Program-made: the position numbers and the translations under genes | Shown here: piece after piece, positions 22,520 to 34,638 of the stretch | Position numbering within the stretch: the stretch's first letter is position 1 | Layout: every line of letters starts with the position of its first letter | The notes under the pieces: model-generated | The model's database searches: none | Told to the model about the DNA's origin: nothing | Seen by the model: the letters and a program-made list of their open reading frames with translations, nothing else | Source of the DNA: Leucoraja ocellata | Lineage: Eukaryota | Direction of reading: 5' to 3' | NCBI GenBank assembly: GCA_036785375.1 | Contig: JAWMAR010000246.1 | Span: forward strand, 2,480,001-2,544,000 | DNA: 64,000 nt

Positions 22520-24864
22520 ACTCTCTGACCAGGACCAATTCTCAGTAATGAAGGTATCGTTTGTTCCGACTGATTGCTTGAGCAGCCTAGCAGGACACAC
22601 GATTGCTGATGAGAATTTATAATTGCTGTCTGCAGTCATCCAGCATGGTTGGCCAGATAAATAACACAACACCCCGCTCGCAATCTGCCCATACTTCCTG
22701 GTTGGTGCCAGGATACAGGACGTCACGGACAGAGTGCAGAAAATCCTCAAGGGCGAAGGTGAACAGCTGGAAGTGGTAGTGCATGTCGGCACAAACGATG
22801 TCGGAAAGAAGGGGATGAATATTCTGCAGCATGACTTTAGAGAGCTCGGAAAAATGCTGAAAAGCAGGACCTCCAGGGTTGTTATCTCCGGTTTGCTTCC
22901 AGTTCCTCGTGCTGGCGAGAGCAGGAACAGGGAGATACGGGACCTGAATGTGTGGCTGAGGAACTGGTGCATGGGGAGGGATTTAGATTCTTAGATCACT
23001 GGGATCTGTTTTGGAGTAAGAAGGAACTGTATAAAAGGGATGGATTGCATCTAAACAGGTAGGGGACCAGCATTCTGGCAGGCAGGTTTGCCACTGCTAC
23101 ACGGGTGGTTTTAAACTGAATAAGGGGGGTGGGGTGTCAAATAGGATAGTCGAGGATGGAGTTAAAGGGAAAGGGTTTCTTAAATGTGTGAGCGTAGAGA
23201 CAGAGGGGTGTAAAATGAGGGTAGAAGCAATAGGTAGCAAGGTGAAAAGTAAAAGTGGCAGGCAGACAAATCCAGGGCAAAAATCAAAAAAGGACACATT
23301 TCAACATAATTGTATAAGGGGTAAGAGTGTTGTAAAAACAAGCCTGAAGGCTTTGTGTCTCAATGCAAGGAGCATTCGTAATAAGGTGGATGAGTTGAAT
23401 GTGCAGATAGCTATTAATGACTATGATATAGTTGGGATCACGGAGACATGGCTACAGGGTGATCAAGGCTGGGAGCTGAACATCCAGGGATATTCAATAA
23501 TCAGGAGGGATAGACAGAAAGGAAAAGGAGGTGGGGTAGCATTGCTGGTTAGAGAGGAGATTAACGCAATAGAAAGGAAGGACATTAGCTTGGAGGATGT
23601 GGAATCGATATGGGTAGAGCTGCGAAACACTAAGGGGCAGAAAACGCTAGTGGGAGTTGTGTACAGGCCACCTAACAGTAATAATGGAGTTGGGGATAGC
23701 ATCAAACAGGAAATTAGAAATGCGTGCAACAAAGGTAAAACAGTTATAATGGGTGACTGCATACATATAGATTGGGTGAATCAAATTGGCAAGGGTGCTG
23801 AGGAAGAGGATTTCTTGGAATGTATGCAGGATAGTTTTCTAAACCAACATGTTGAGGAACCAACGAGAGAGCAGGCTATTCTAGACTGGGTATTGATTAA
23901 TGAGGAAGGGTTAGTTAGCAGTCTTGTTGTGCATGGCCCCTTGGGCAAGAGTGACCATAATATGGTTGAGTTCTTCATTAGGATGGAGAGTGACATTGTT
24001 AATTCAGAAACAAGGGTCCTGAACTTTAAGAAAGGTAACTTTGAGGGTATGAGACGTGAATTGGCCAAGATAGACTGGCAATTGATTCTTAAAGAGTTGA
24101 CGGTGGATATGCAATGGAAGTCATTTATAGACTGCATGGATGAACTACAACAATTGTTCATCCCAGTTTGGCAAAATAATAAATCAGGGAAGGTAGTGCA
24201 TCCGTGGATAACAAGGGAAATCAGGGATAATATCAAAACAAAAGATGAAGCTTACAAATTAGCCAGAAAAAGCAGCCTACCAGAGGACTGGGAAAACTGA
24301 CTGCAAAAGTTTTTATAGATATGTAAAGAGAAAAAGATTAGTTAAAACAAGTGTAGGTCCCTTGCAGTCAGAAACAGGTGAATTGATCATGGGGAACAAA
24401 GACATGGCAGACCAATTGAATAACTACTTTGGTTCTGTCTTCACTAAGGAAGACATAAATAATCTGCCGGAAATAGCAGGGGACCGGGGGTCAAATGAGA
24501 TGGAGGAACTGAGTGAAATCCAGGTTAGCCGGGAAGTGGTGTTAGGTAAATTGAATGGATTAAAGGCCGATAAATCCCCTGGGCCAGATAGGCTGCATCC
24601 CAGAGTACCTAAGGAAGTAGCCGCAGAAATCGTGGATGCATTAGTGATAATTTTTCAAAACTCCTTAAATTCTGGAGTAGTACCTGAGGATTGGAGGGTA
24701 GCTATTGTAACCCCACTTTATAAAAAGGAGGGAGAGAGAAAACGGGGAATTACAGACCAGTTAGTCTAACATTGGTAGTGGGGAAACTGCTAGAGTCAGT
24801 TATTAAAGATGGGATAGCAGCACATTTGGAAAGTGGTGAAATAATTGGGCAAAGTCAGGATTTA

Positions 24865-27286
24865 AAAAAAAAAAAAAAAAAATTATTTTTATTAGAAGTA
24901 TGGTAAGTTACAATAATAACCTAATAACACATATGTCTTAATACATTTTTTGTACCGCTTCATTTTTTGAGCTTTAAAAAAAGATAGAAGTAAAGGAAGT
25001 AAGGAAAGTGCGCAAGAGTCGTGAAGGTGCAGGAGAGTGTTAAGAAAAGAAAGCCCCTTAGAAAAGAAGTTAGAGTAGGAAGTAAATAAAGAAAGTAGAC
25101 CCTAGAAAAGAAGGAAAAAGAAAGGAGAAACAATCACTCTATTATAACATTAAACTCCGCAGGAAGGGGACTACCAACCAAGTTTGTTTTTGTTGGGGGG
25201 GGGGGGGGTTTACCCCCCGTTGCCAGATCCTGGTACCTTTTATTTATTTATTTATTTATTTATTTTTTAATTTACTGTTGCACCTTATGCTTGCAATAGT
25301 TCCAAAAACGTAGACCACGTCTTTTGGAAATGGTCTGCTTTGCCTGCTAAGAGGAATCTCATCTCTTCCAGATGTAGTGTTTCAAACATATTTGATATCC
25401 ACTTTTTTATTGTTGGTGTAGGCGCATTTTTCCAGAATTTAAGTATGAGCTTTTTTCCCATTATTAGCCCGTAATTGAGTAAATTCTTTTGAAACACGTT
25501 TAGTTCAGGGTTACCTTCCGATATTCCAAAAATGATCCATTCTGGTTTTGGTACCAGTTTTACTTTAATTAATTTTGTAAAGATGTCAAATATTTAATTC
25601 CAGAATTTTTGGATTTTTGTACAAAAAACAAAAGAATGAGCTATGGTAGCTTCTTGACACAGACATTTATCACAGATGGATGAGACATTAGGGAAGAGTT
25701 TATTTATTTTAGTTTTTGAATAATATAGTGTATGTAATGTTTTGAATTGGATGAGAGTATGTTGAACATTTATGCACCTGTCGAACATTTATGCACCTGT
25801 AGTAAGTGTTTATCCCAGCTCTCTTTTGAAATTTTTATAGCTAATTCGTGTTCCCAGTCTCTTCTAATTCCATCAGTTGTGGGTATTTCTATGTTTAAGA
25901 TGATGTTATATAAGTACGATATTAGATTCGCTGATTCCGCCTTTGTCTTCATTGCTTCATCCAGTAAGTCTGTAGGCATATTATGATAGTCTTTTGTGTA
26001 TATTTTCAGATAATCACGAATTTGAAGATATTTAAAATATTGATTATTTTTCAAATTATATTTCAGTTGCAGTTGTTGAAATGATAGTAATTTTTCCAAT
26101 TCATACAGATCTCCGATCATTTTGATTCCCATTCTTTCCCATTGTATAAATGATTTGTCTATTATTGATGGTTTAAACAATGGATTATTAACTATTGGTA
26201 TTAAAAGAGATAGGTTTCTTAATTTTAGATTCTGTTTTATTTGTTTCCATGTTCTTATTGTGTTATGTATAATTGGATTTTTATTATAATTTTTGTTATT
26301 CAGATATATTGGTGAGAGGAGAGTCGCTCCTATATTACACGGAGAACAGTCCTCTCTTTCCATTACAATCCAGTCCACCTGCTGGGCAGAATTGTACAGC
26401 AGGTGAATCATATTTTTAATATTTACTACCCAATTATAATTCATAAAGTTAGGGAGCGCTAGACCACCCAACTCTTTCCATTTATTAAGGTGTGCTCTTT
26501 GTATCCTATGGGATTTATAATCCCATATAAAATTTGTAATGTCTGAGACTAATTTTTTGAAAAACTTTTTTAGGAGATATATAGGTATTGATTGAAATAT
26601 GTATAGAATTTGTGGTAAAAAGATCATTTTTATAGCATTTATTCTGCCTATTAGGGACATCGGAAGTGTTTTCCAGAATTTAATCAAATTATTTAGTTTC
26701 TTAAGTAAGGGATTATAATTGGCTTTAAACATAGCATGGTAGTTTCTAGTCATTTCAATTCCCAAATATTTGAATTTTTCTGTAGCTATTTTAAAGGGGA
26801 ATTTCCAGAGGTGTGTTGAGTCTTTTGGTTTTATCGACATAATTTCACTTTTGTTCCAGTTTATTCTATATCCTGAGAAGGATCCAAAGTCCTCAATTAA
26901 ATGTAATATGTTTGGTATACTTATTTGTGGTTTTGTGATGTACAATAGTACATTATCGGCGTATAGAGATATTATGTTATTTTAGTTTTTTGTATTATAA
27001 CCATAAATATCCGGGTGTGTTCTTATTTTTTCAGCAAGGGGTTCAATTACCAAAGCAAATAACAGCGGTGATAGTGAGCATCCTTGTCTATTGCCCCTTG
27101 ATAATTCAAATTTCGTGGATAGTATATTATTAGTTAGTATTCTAGCCGTGGGTTTGTTATATAATAATTTTATCCATGCGATGAAGTTCTCCCCCATTTG
27201 GAATTTTTGCAATACTTTAATCATATAATCCCATTCTACTTGATCAAACGCTTTTTCTGCGTCCAGTGAAATAATAGATAACTCTT
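24865..27286 (-). mobile_element. 5'-truncated L1-clade LINE nested in CR1
   Basis: SLDAEKAFDQVEW, GNRQGCSLSPLLF, SLYADN, FKYLGI, C-terminal CDKC...HSFVFC knuckle (ORFs 26982.., 25770.., 25594.., 25285..). 3' UTR with AATAAA. GGATTTA duplicated at 24858-24864 and 27287-27293. Confidence 0.93.
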
Positions 27287-27899
27287 GGATTTATGAAAGG
27301 TAAATCATGTCTGACGAATCTTATAGAATTTTTCGAGGATGTAACAAGTAGAGTGGATAAGGGAGAACCAGTGGATGTGTTATATCTGGACTTTCAGAAG
27401 GCTTTCGACAAGGTCCCACATAAGAGATTAGTATACAAACTTAAAGCACATGGTATTGGGGGTTCAGTATTGATGTGGATAGAGAACTGGCTGGCAGACA
27501 GGAAGCAAAGAGTAGGAGTAAATGGGTCCTTTTCAGAATGGCAGGCAGTGACTAGTGGGGTACCGCAAGGCTCAGTGCTGGGACCCCAGCTATTTACAAT
27601 ATATATTAATGATTTGGATGAGGGAATTGAATGCACCATCTCAAAGTTTGCGGATGACACTAAGCTGGGGGGCAGTGTTAGCTGTGAGGAGGATGCTAGG
27701 AGGCTGCAAGGTGACTTGGATAGGCTGGGTGAGTGGGCAAATGCATGGCAGATGCAGTATAATGTGGATAAATGTGAGGTTATCCACTTTGGTGGCAAAA
27801 ACGGGAAAGTAGACTATTATCTGAATAGTGGCCGATTAGGAAAAGGGGAGATGCGACGAGACCTGGGTGTCATGGTACACCAGCCATTGAAAGTAGGCA

Positions 27900-28037
27900 G
27901 GTTACACAGAAAAGCTGGAGAAACTCAGCGGGTGCAGCAGCATCTATGGAGCTCCATAGATGCTGCTGCACCCGCTGAGTTTCTCCAGCTTTTCTGTGTA
28001 ACCTTCGATTCTCCAGCATCTGCAGTTCCCTCTTAAA
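27900..28037 (+). mobile_element. Penelope-like mini-insertion: perfect 104-bp palindrome plus 34-nt tail
   Basis: Arms 27900-27951 and 27952-28003 with no loop, tail 28004-28037. 15-bp TSD CATTGAAAGTAGGCA (27885-27899, 28038-28052). Confidence 0.88.
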
Positions 28038-28677
28038 CATTGAAAGTAGGCATGCAGGTGCAGCAGGCAGTGAAGAAAGCAAATGGTATGTTAGCATTCA
28101 TAGCAAAAGGATTTGAGTATAGGAACAGGGAGGTTCTACTGCAGTTGTACAGGGTCTTGGTGAGACCCCACCTGGAGTATTGCGTACAGTTTTGGTCTCC
28201 TAATCTGAGGAAAGACATTCTTGCCATAGTGGGAATACAGAGAAGGTTCACCAGACTGATTCCTAGGATGTCAGGACTTTCATATGAAGAAAGACTGGAT
28301 AGACTCGGCTTGTACTCGCTAGAATCTAGAAGATTGAGGGAGTATCTAATAGAAACTTACAAAATTCTTAAGTGGTTGGATAGGCTTGATGCAGGAAGAT
28401 TGTTCCCGATGTTGTGGAAGTCCAGAACAAGAGGTCACAGTTTAAGGATAAGGGGGAAATCTTTTAGGACCGAGATGAGAAAAACATTTTTCACACAGAG
28501 AGTGGTGAATCTGTGGAATTCTCTGCCACAGAAGGTAATTGTGGCCAGTTCATTGGAGAGAAGGCAGTTACAGGATACTGAGTTGGATAATCAGCCATGA
28601 TCATATTGAATGGCGGTGCCTGCTCGAAGGGCCGAGTGGCCTACTCCTGCACCTATTTTCTACGTTTCTATGTTTCT

Positions 28678-29865
28678 ATGAGTTGGTCTTACAGGACAGG
28701 ATTATAGTTAAGGGCCACAAGGCAGTGGTCCCAGCTGTCGCCCGGGAGAAGTATTTCAACACTGTCCACAGGGGCCACCCCAGTATGGAGGCAACCCTAC
28801 GAAGGGCATTAAGCATGTTTTACTGGCCTGGTATGACCAAGTACATACACGAAAAAAACGAAGTTTGTGCCGTCTGCATAAGCCTGACATCATCAGAAGC
28901 AGCCTTTACTGCCGCATCCGGCCCCTCCTCTCTCGTGGTCCACGTTAGTCACCGATATATTCAAATGGCATGGGAAACACTATCTGGTTCTTGTTGACTC
29001 TTTCTCGGGCTTGTTTGAAATTGACTTACTTCAAACCATTACTTCTGAAGCGGTTATCAAGAAGTTGCAGAGTCACCTCTCCATACACGACTCCCCTGCA
29101 CATATTCTGTCCGACAATGGTAGACATTTCACCAGCCAAGCTTTCAAAAACTTTGCAAACCAATGGGACTTTCGACATATTACCAGCAGCCCTGAGTTCC
29201 CGCAGTCCAATGGACTCGCCGAACGCGCTGTCCGAAGCGCAAAACAACTAATGGAGCAGTCCTACCTTGTAAAATCGGACGTGTACCTGGACCTGCTCAA
29301 ACTAAGGAACATTGCTCGGGATCCCATACTGAGTTCCCCAGCCCGGTGCCAAACCCGTGCTCCCCTGCCTGTGCCCCAGCAGCGTCTGCAGCTGCAAGTT
29401 CGTTCCGGGCCGGCAGTCCAGAAACAACTACAATTCAAACCTGACAAGCAGAAATGCTTCTTTGACAAATCCAGCAAGCCATTTAAACCTCTTGCACGTG
29501 GACAAGTGGTTCATCTCCAGACCAACAAAGGCCATGCACGTCAGGGTCACGTCTACGTCCCTGCCAAAGAACCGCGCTCTTATCTGGTTGAAGCGGATGG
29601 AGCCATCTACAGACGCAACCGTCAACATATCCTTCCGGTGAAGGAACCACGTCCTGCGACTCCGTATCCAGATGTCTTGCATTTCGTATACTCTCCCACG
29701 GTCGGCCCCGCGGACCCACTGCCAACTAACGTTTCCACCACAGCCTCCCCGCGATGTTTGGCGACCAGCTCACCTATCTCATCACGCTCCCTGCCTGTTG
29801 TGTTGCCGGTTGTTTCCCCAATTCCCTCCCAATTTTCTACGGAAGGAGGTGAGACGGATTCATAA
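28678..29865 (+). pseudogene. Gypsy integrase, resuming after the CR1 insertion
   Basis: ELVLQDRIIVKG...HRGHP...YWPGM...CAVC (HHCC), LSDNGRHF, PQSNGLAERAV, YRRNRQH. Joins the piece at 22520-22702 (GWPDK...PYFLV). Confidence 0.92.
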
Positions 29866-29911
29866 CGCACACGGGCCGGACGGGTTTGCAGGCCACCCAT
29901 TAGATACCGTG

Positions 29912-30148
29912 GGTTACACAGAAAAGCTGGAGAAACTCAGCGGGTGCAGCAGCATCTATGGAGCGAAGGAAATAGGCAACGTTTCGGGCCGAAACCCTTC
30001 TTCAGACTGATCGGGGGTGTCTGAAGAAGGGTTTCGGCCCGAAACGTTGCCTATTTCCTTCGCTCCATAGATGCTGCTGCACCCGCTGAGTTTCTCCAGC
30101 TTTTCTGTGTAACCTTCGATTCTCCAGCATCTGCAGTTCCCTCTTAAA
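29912..30148 (+). mobile_element. Penelope-like mini-insertion: 96-bp inverted arms, 11-nt spacer, 34-nt tail, hammerhead motif on both strands
   Basis: Arms 29912-30007 and 30019-30114, tail 30115-30148. 14-bp TSD CATTAGATACCRTG (29898-29911, 30149-30162). Confidence 0.9.
30019..30050 (+). ncRNA. Minimal type I hammerhead ribozyme motif (mirror copy on - strand at ~29976-30007)
   Basis: CUGAAGA core, stem II GGGU-UUCG-GCCC, GAAA core, self-complementary AACGUU in place of stem III, putative GUU cleavage triplet ending at 30048. Confidence 0.75.
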
Positions 30149-30247
30149 CATTAGATACCATGATTTTGTGTAATTTTACAATCTTTCCCAAATGTGTTAT
30201 TAACATTCCACCTATATTGCTTAGCCACCGATGCTTCTTTTGTTTCT

Positions 30248-30461
30248 AAAAGGAAAGACGTAGATTGGCTATTTCATACTAGCCAATTATAGTGCTTGTT
30301 AGTAGTGACTCCGCTTAGTATGTGCTTTATATAACCAAGAGCTTGCCTACGCTAGTTAGTACGAGTAGCTGCTAGGAAATGCATGTCTGCTGATCCTTGC
30401 TGTAATTAGATTTAATAAACATGTGTTGTATCTTTATATGTGTTCGTGTCACCTCATTACA
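30248..30461 (+). repeat. Polypurine tract (30248-30258) and 3' LTR (30259-30461)
   Basis: AAAAGGAAAGA followed by the LTR copy, which starts CG (mutated TG), ends TTACA and is followed by TSD AGTCT. Confidence 0.95.
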
Positions 30462-31089
30462 AGTCTGGTTAGGTTTGAACTCTCAAAGTGTTCTGTTTTA
30501 AGATCGAGAATGTCCCAATTTTATTATTTTTGTGCGATTTGGAATTTAGTGTTTGCTTTTAGCTCACATCCATTTGATGAACCATAAATGTCTAAAGACC
30601 AGTTTCAGACCAATGTAAACTGCAAGTTCCTGTGCTGATAGATTCACACCTATTGTCAACATTAAGTTCAGGCTGCACTGACCCCTAAAGTTGGATTAAC
30701 AATTTAGATTTCCTGCCATTCAAAAACAGTAACACATGGTCTCGAAATAAAGTGATAGGCTAAACTAAAATAAATGATCTGCAGTGAAACATTGTGATCT
30801 AGAACACAATGTAAAAGACGATGGAAACAGAAACAGTAATCATTTCTGAAAGAGAATCTGATGTATTCTTCTAAAGGTGACATTTGCAGAGCTGAGGTAA
30901 ACAACGGGGGAGCAGGAACAAATGGATAACTCTTTAAAAGGCACGATAGAGACATTAATGTTGGAATAGCTATTTCTGTGCTGTGGAATTCTAAAATCTG
31001 TAACAAGCGATGCTCTCTCACTTGCTGCCCAATATTCACCATGATTAGTTGGTGTCAGAGGTTTTCCACGCTATCATTCCGCGGCCATT

Positions 31090-31450
31090 CCCCGCGCGGC
31101 TTGGAATGGCCGCGGGACTCTGCGAGCGCACGCCGGGGGCTCCAACATCAAGACCCGGTGTGCGACCTCGCACCACCCGGCGTGGCTTTAATGGCCGCGG
31201 GACAATCGCCATCGCCAGCCGGGGGCTTTGACTTTGACTCTGTCATCGGGGGGGGGGGGGGAGTGCAGTGGAGAGATAAGTTTTTTTTGGCCTTCCATCA
31301 CAGCAATGTGATGGATGTTTATGTAAAATGTAAATCATGTTGTGTCTGGGGTCTATTTGTTGTAATGTATGGCTGCAGAAACGGCATTTTGTTTGGACCT
31401 CAAGGGGTCCAAATGACAATTAAATTGACTCTTGACTCTTGACTCTTGAC
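31090..31450 (+). mobile_element. 5'-truncated copy of the same GC-rich retroposon with (TTGACTC)n tail
   Basis: Matches 18575-18905 almost base for base. Confidence 0.7.
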
Positions 31451-31454
31451 TATC

Positions 31455-32555
31455 ACTGAAAGACATTTTCATTAGGCGAGAAATAGTATTGGGTAGGCTG
31501 ATGGGACTGAAGGATGATAAATCCCCTGGGCCTGATGGTCCTCATCCCAGGGTCCTCAGGGAGGTGGCTCTAGAAATAGTGGACACATTGGTGATTATTT
31601 TCCAATGTTCAATAGATTCAGGATCAGTTCCTGTAGAAAGGAGCGAGAGAGAAAACGGGGAATTACAGACCAGTTAGCCTGACTTTGGTGGTGGGAAAGA
31701 TGCTGGAGTCAATTATTAAAGAGGTAATAATGGGGCATATGGATAGCAGTAAAAGGATTAGTCCAAGTCAACATGGATTTATGAAAGGGAAATCACGCTT
31801 GACTAACCTTCTGGAATTTTTTGAGGATGTGACAAGTAAAATGGATGAAGGGGTGCCAGTGGATGTAGTGTATCTAGACTTTCAGAAAGCCTTTGATAAG
31901 GTCCCGCACGAGAGACTGGTGACTAAAATTAGAGCACATGGTAGGGTGTTGACATGGATAGAAAATTGGTTGGCAGACAGGAAGCAAAGAGTAAGAGTGA
32001 AATGGTCCTTTTCAGAATGGCAGGCAGTGGCGAGTGGAGTGCCGCAAGGCTCGGTGTTGGGGCCACAACTGTTTACCATATATATTAATGATTTGGAAGA
32101 GGGAATTAGGAGCAACACTCGCAATTTTGCGGATGATACAAAGCTGGGTGGCAGTGTGAACTGTGAAGAGGATGTTAGGAGGTTGCAGGGTGACCTGGAC
32201 AGGTTGAGTGAGTGGGCAGATGTGTGGCAGATGCAGTATAATATAGATAAATGTGAGGCTATCGAATTTGGCGGCAAAAACAAGGGGGAAGATTATTATC
32301 TCAATGGGGTTAGGTTAGGTAAGAGGGAGGTGCAGCGAGGCCTGAGCGCCCATGTACACCGGTCACTGAAAGTTGGCTTACAGGTACAGAGAGAGTTAGA
32401 TAGAGCTCTAGGGGCTATTGGAATCAAGGGATATGGGGAGAAGGCAGCCACGGGTTATTGATTGGGGCCGATCAGCCATGATCACAATGAATGGTGGTGC
32501 TGGCTCAAAGGGCTGAATGGCCTCCTCCTGCACCTATTTTCTATGTTTCTATGTT
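31455..32555 (+). mobile_element. Internally deleted CR1 LINE
   Basis: ORFs 31489.. and 31685..32461 (RT motifs fused directly to the C-terminus) and a (TTTCTATG)n tail. Confidence 0.92.
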
Positions 32556-32634
32556 GGAGATATTAACAGGTTATTATTGATATGTAAGCAGACAAGAACG
32601 TTGCTTTGCTCTTAAAGGTATTATGTATTTGAAC

Positions 32635-33495
32635 ATAGAACAGTACAGCACAAGAATAGGCCCTTCGGCCTATAATGTCTGTGCCAAACATGATGCTGAC
32701 CATTGCTTATCTACTTGTAAATAGCCCATAATCTTCTGTTCCCTGCCTATCCAAAAGTCTTTTAAATGCCATTATGGTATCGACCTCACCATCTCCAGCA
32801 ACGCATTCAAGGCATTCACCACCCTCTGTGTACAAAACTTGTCCCACACATCTCTTTTAAACTATGCCTCTATTCCCTTAAATCTATTCCCTCCAGTATT
32901 TAATGTTTCCACCCTGGGGAAAAGATTCGGACTGTTTGAAAAAAATTAATGAAGTTTCTAAGAACTCAGTGTGCTATTTGGTTAACTTAAACTATATTTA
33001 AAACTGGCATTGAGTTATATCCCACAAGTACTGTAACATAGTCATTTACTCCAATTGTAGCAAGTGATGAAATAAGAATATTTTACAATTGTTGCTAAAA
33101 AATGTGCATATTTTAAAATAGGTCAAAAAGAAAAGTCACTTGAATGTGATAATTATCTGTTTGAAACTGTTATGAACTGAATTGAACTGAATTGAAAAGA
33201 AGTTCAGACGCCAGGTAAAAAAATAATTGTTAACATTATTTATTCATTGGTATATCATTGGTAAATGTTGATCATCAGCTACAATGAAAATCTAGTTTAC
33301 AGAAACAACACAGGTACATAGAATAGAAACATAGAAAAAAAATAGCAGGATTAGGCCATTTGGCCCTTCGAGCCAGTACTGCCATTCAATATGATCATGG
33401 CTGACCATCACAATCAGTACCCCGTTCCTGCTTTTTCCCCATATCCCTTGATTCCTTTAGCCCTAAGAGCCAAATCTAACTTCCTCTTGAAAACT
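32635..33495 (-). mobile_element. Two short CR1 3' ends (32635-32935 and 33320-33495)
   Basis: aggcccttcggcc / aggccatttggcccttcgagcc 3' UTR hairpins with catagaa tails. Confidence 0.75.
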
Positions 33496-33689
33496 TAAGA
33501 ACAAGTGAAAACTTATAGAATCAAATGAATACACAAAAACAAGTCATAAAAGTTACGTATACAATTTCCAAAAGGAAGACTGTGTCAGACATGAATGCAA
33601 AAACATCATTTAAAAAAAGTCCGGAGTTGTGCATAAAGTTGGCTGCAGCGTTCCATTGTCTAGATACATTGGTATTGTGTAGATTGGTT

Positions 33690-34465
33690 TGAGAAATTAA
33701 TGGTTGAAAAAAAGTAACTATTCCAGAACTTAATATGGGCCTTCGGGCTCCTGTGCCTCCTGCCTGATGTTAGCAGCGTGAAGCGGTCTCGGCCCAGATG
33801 GATGTGGGGGTGGGGAGAAATCCTTGACAATAGATGTCGCCTTCTTGAGGCAGGGCCTCATGTAGATATTTTTGATGGTGCGGAGGGCAGGGCTCATGTG
33901 GACCAGGAGAGTCCACTACTCTCTGCAACCTCTTGCATTCTTCTGTGTTATTTTCTACAGTACAGGTGTAGAGGTTTGTTATAAATGGAGAAATCAGCTT
34001 TAAACTTCTTAGACAGTAGAGACGCTGCCATCCCTTCTTCATGAGTACATCTGTGTGCTGTGCCCACAGCACATTATTGATGTTAATGTTAAATATAGCA
34101 ATGTTAATACCCAGGAATATGAAGCTGCTAATTCTCTCCACCGCTGACCTACCAATGAAATCAGGTGCATGGTCCCCCAATTTCCCCTTTCCGAAGTCGG
34201 AGATTAGTGCCTTGGTGCGATAGAGCACGTGGTTGTAATTGCAGTACTACTCAAACATGTGCTCATTCTCTCTCCTACACGCTAACACATCATTATTGCC
34301 AACATTGAAGCTGTGCTTACCACACAGTCACAGGTGTAAATAGATTAGAGCAGGTAGCAGAGCGTGCAGCCTTGAGTTGCATCCGTTTGGTGGTCAGTGA
34401 GGAGATGTTACAGATTCCCAGTGATTGAGGTCTGTCAATGAGGAGGTCAAAGATCCAGCTACAAA
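33690..34465 (-). mobile_element. Degraded Rex1-like LINE fragment
   Basis: ORF 33770..34228 (VERISSFIFLGINI...KKGWQRLYCLRSL...RLQRVV). Confidence 0.75.
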
Positions 34466-34638
34466 GGGATGGCCAGAGGCACAAGGCAGATCATGTAGAT
34501 GGATTCTAAGACATTCCATCAAGTTTGACACTAGCGGAGACTATTAAACCCTTCTAGAATTTGAACCACTTGGTTGTAACCTTCAATCCTGTAGTGTCTG
34601 TTACTCGGGTTATATCCTTCTAAGCTTGTACAGTCCAA

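Larger units (their letters stand above)
22703..28680 (+). mobile_element. Near full-length CR1 LINE (ORF1 SGNH esterase C-terminus plus ORF2 APE-RT) inserted in Gypsy pol
   Basis: VVVHVGTND / DGLHLN esterase motifs (22703-23120), APE domain NARSIRNK...ITETW...SDH (ORF 23134..24300), RT LDFQKAFD...PQGSVLGP...FADD (27293..), tail (TTTCTATG)n. Interrupted by L1 and Penelope inserts. Confidence 0.95.
19296..30461 (+). mobile_element. Full-length decayed Gypsy LTR retrotransposon (Mag-like lineage) with nested insertions
   Basis: Two ~204-bp LTRs and a 5-bp TSD AGTCT (19291-19295, 30462-30466). PBS after the 5' LTR and PPT before the 3' LTR. Order is gag Zn knuckle (CNFCKKLNHFARCC), RT, RNase H, integrase. 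Confidence 0.95.

Noticed and set aside
27900-30148. Long hairpins as miRNA genes or MITEs
   Set aside because: The asymmetric 34-nt tail, 14-15 bp TSDs and hammerhead motif fit Penelope-like retrotransposition, not DDE transposition or a conserved pre-miRNA.
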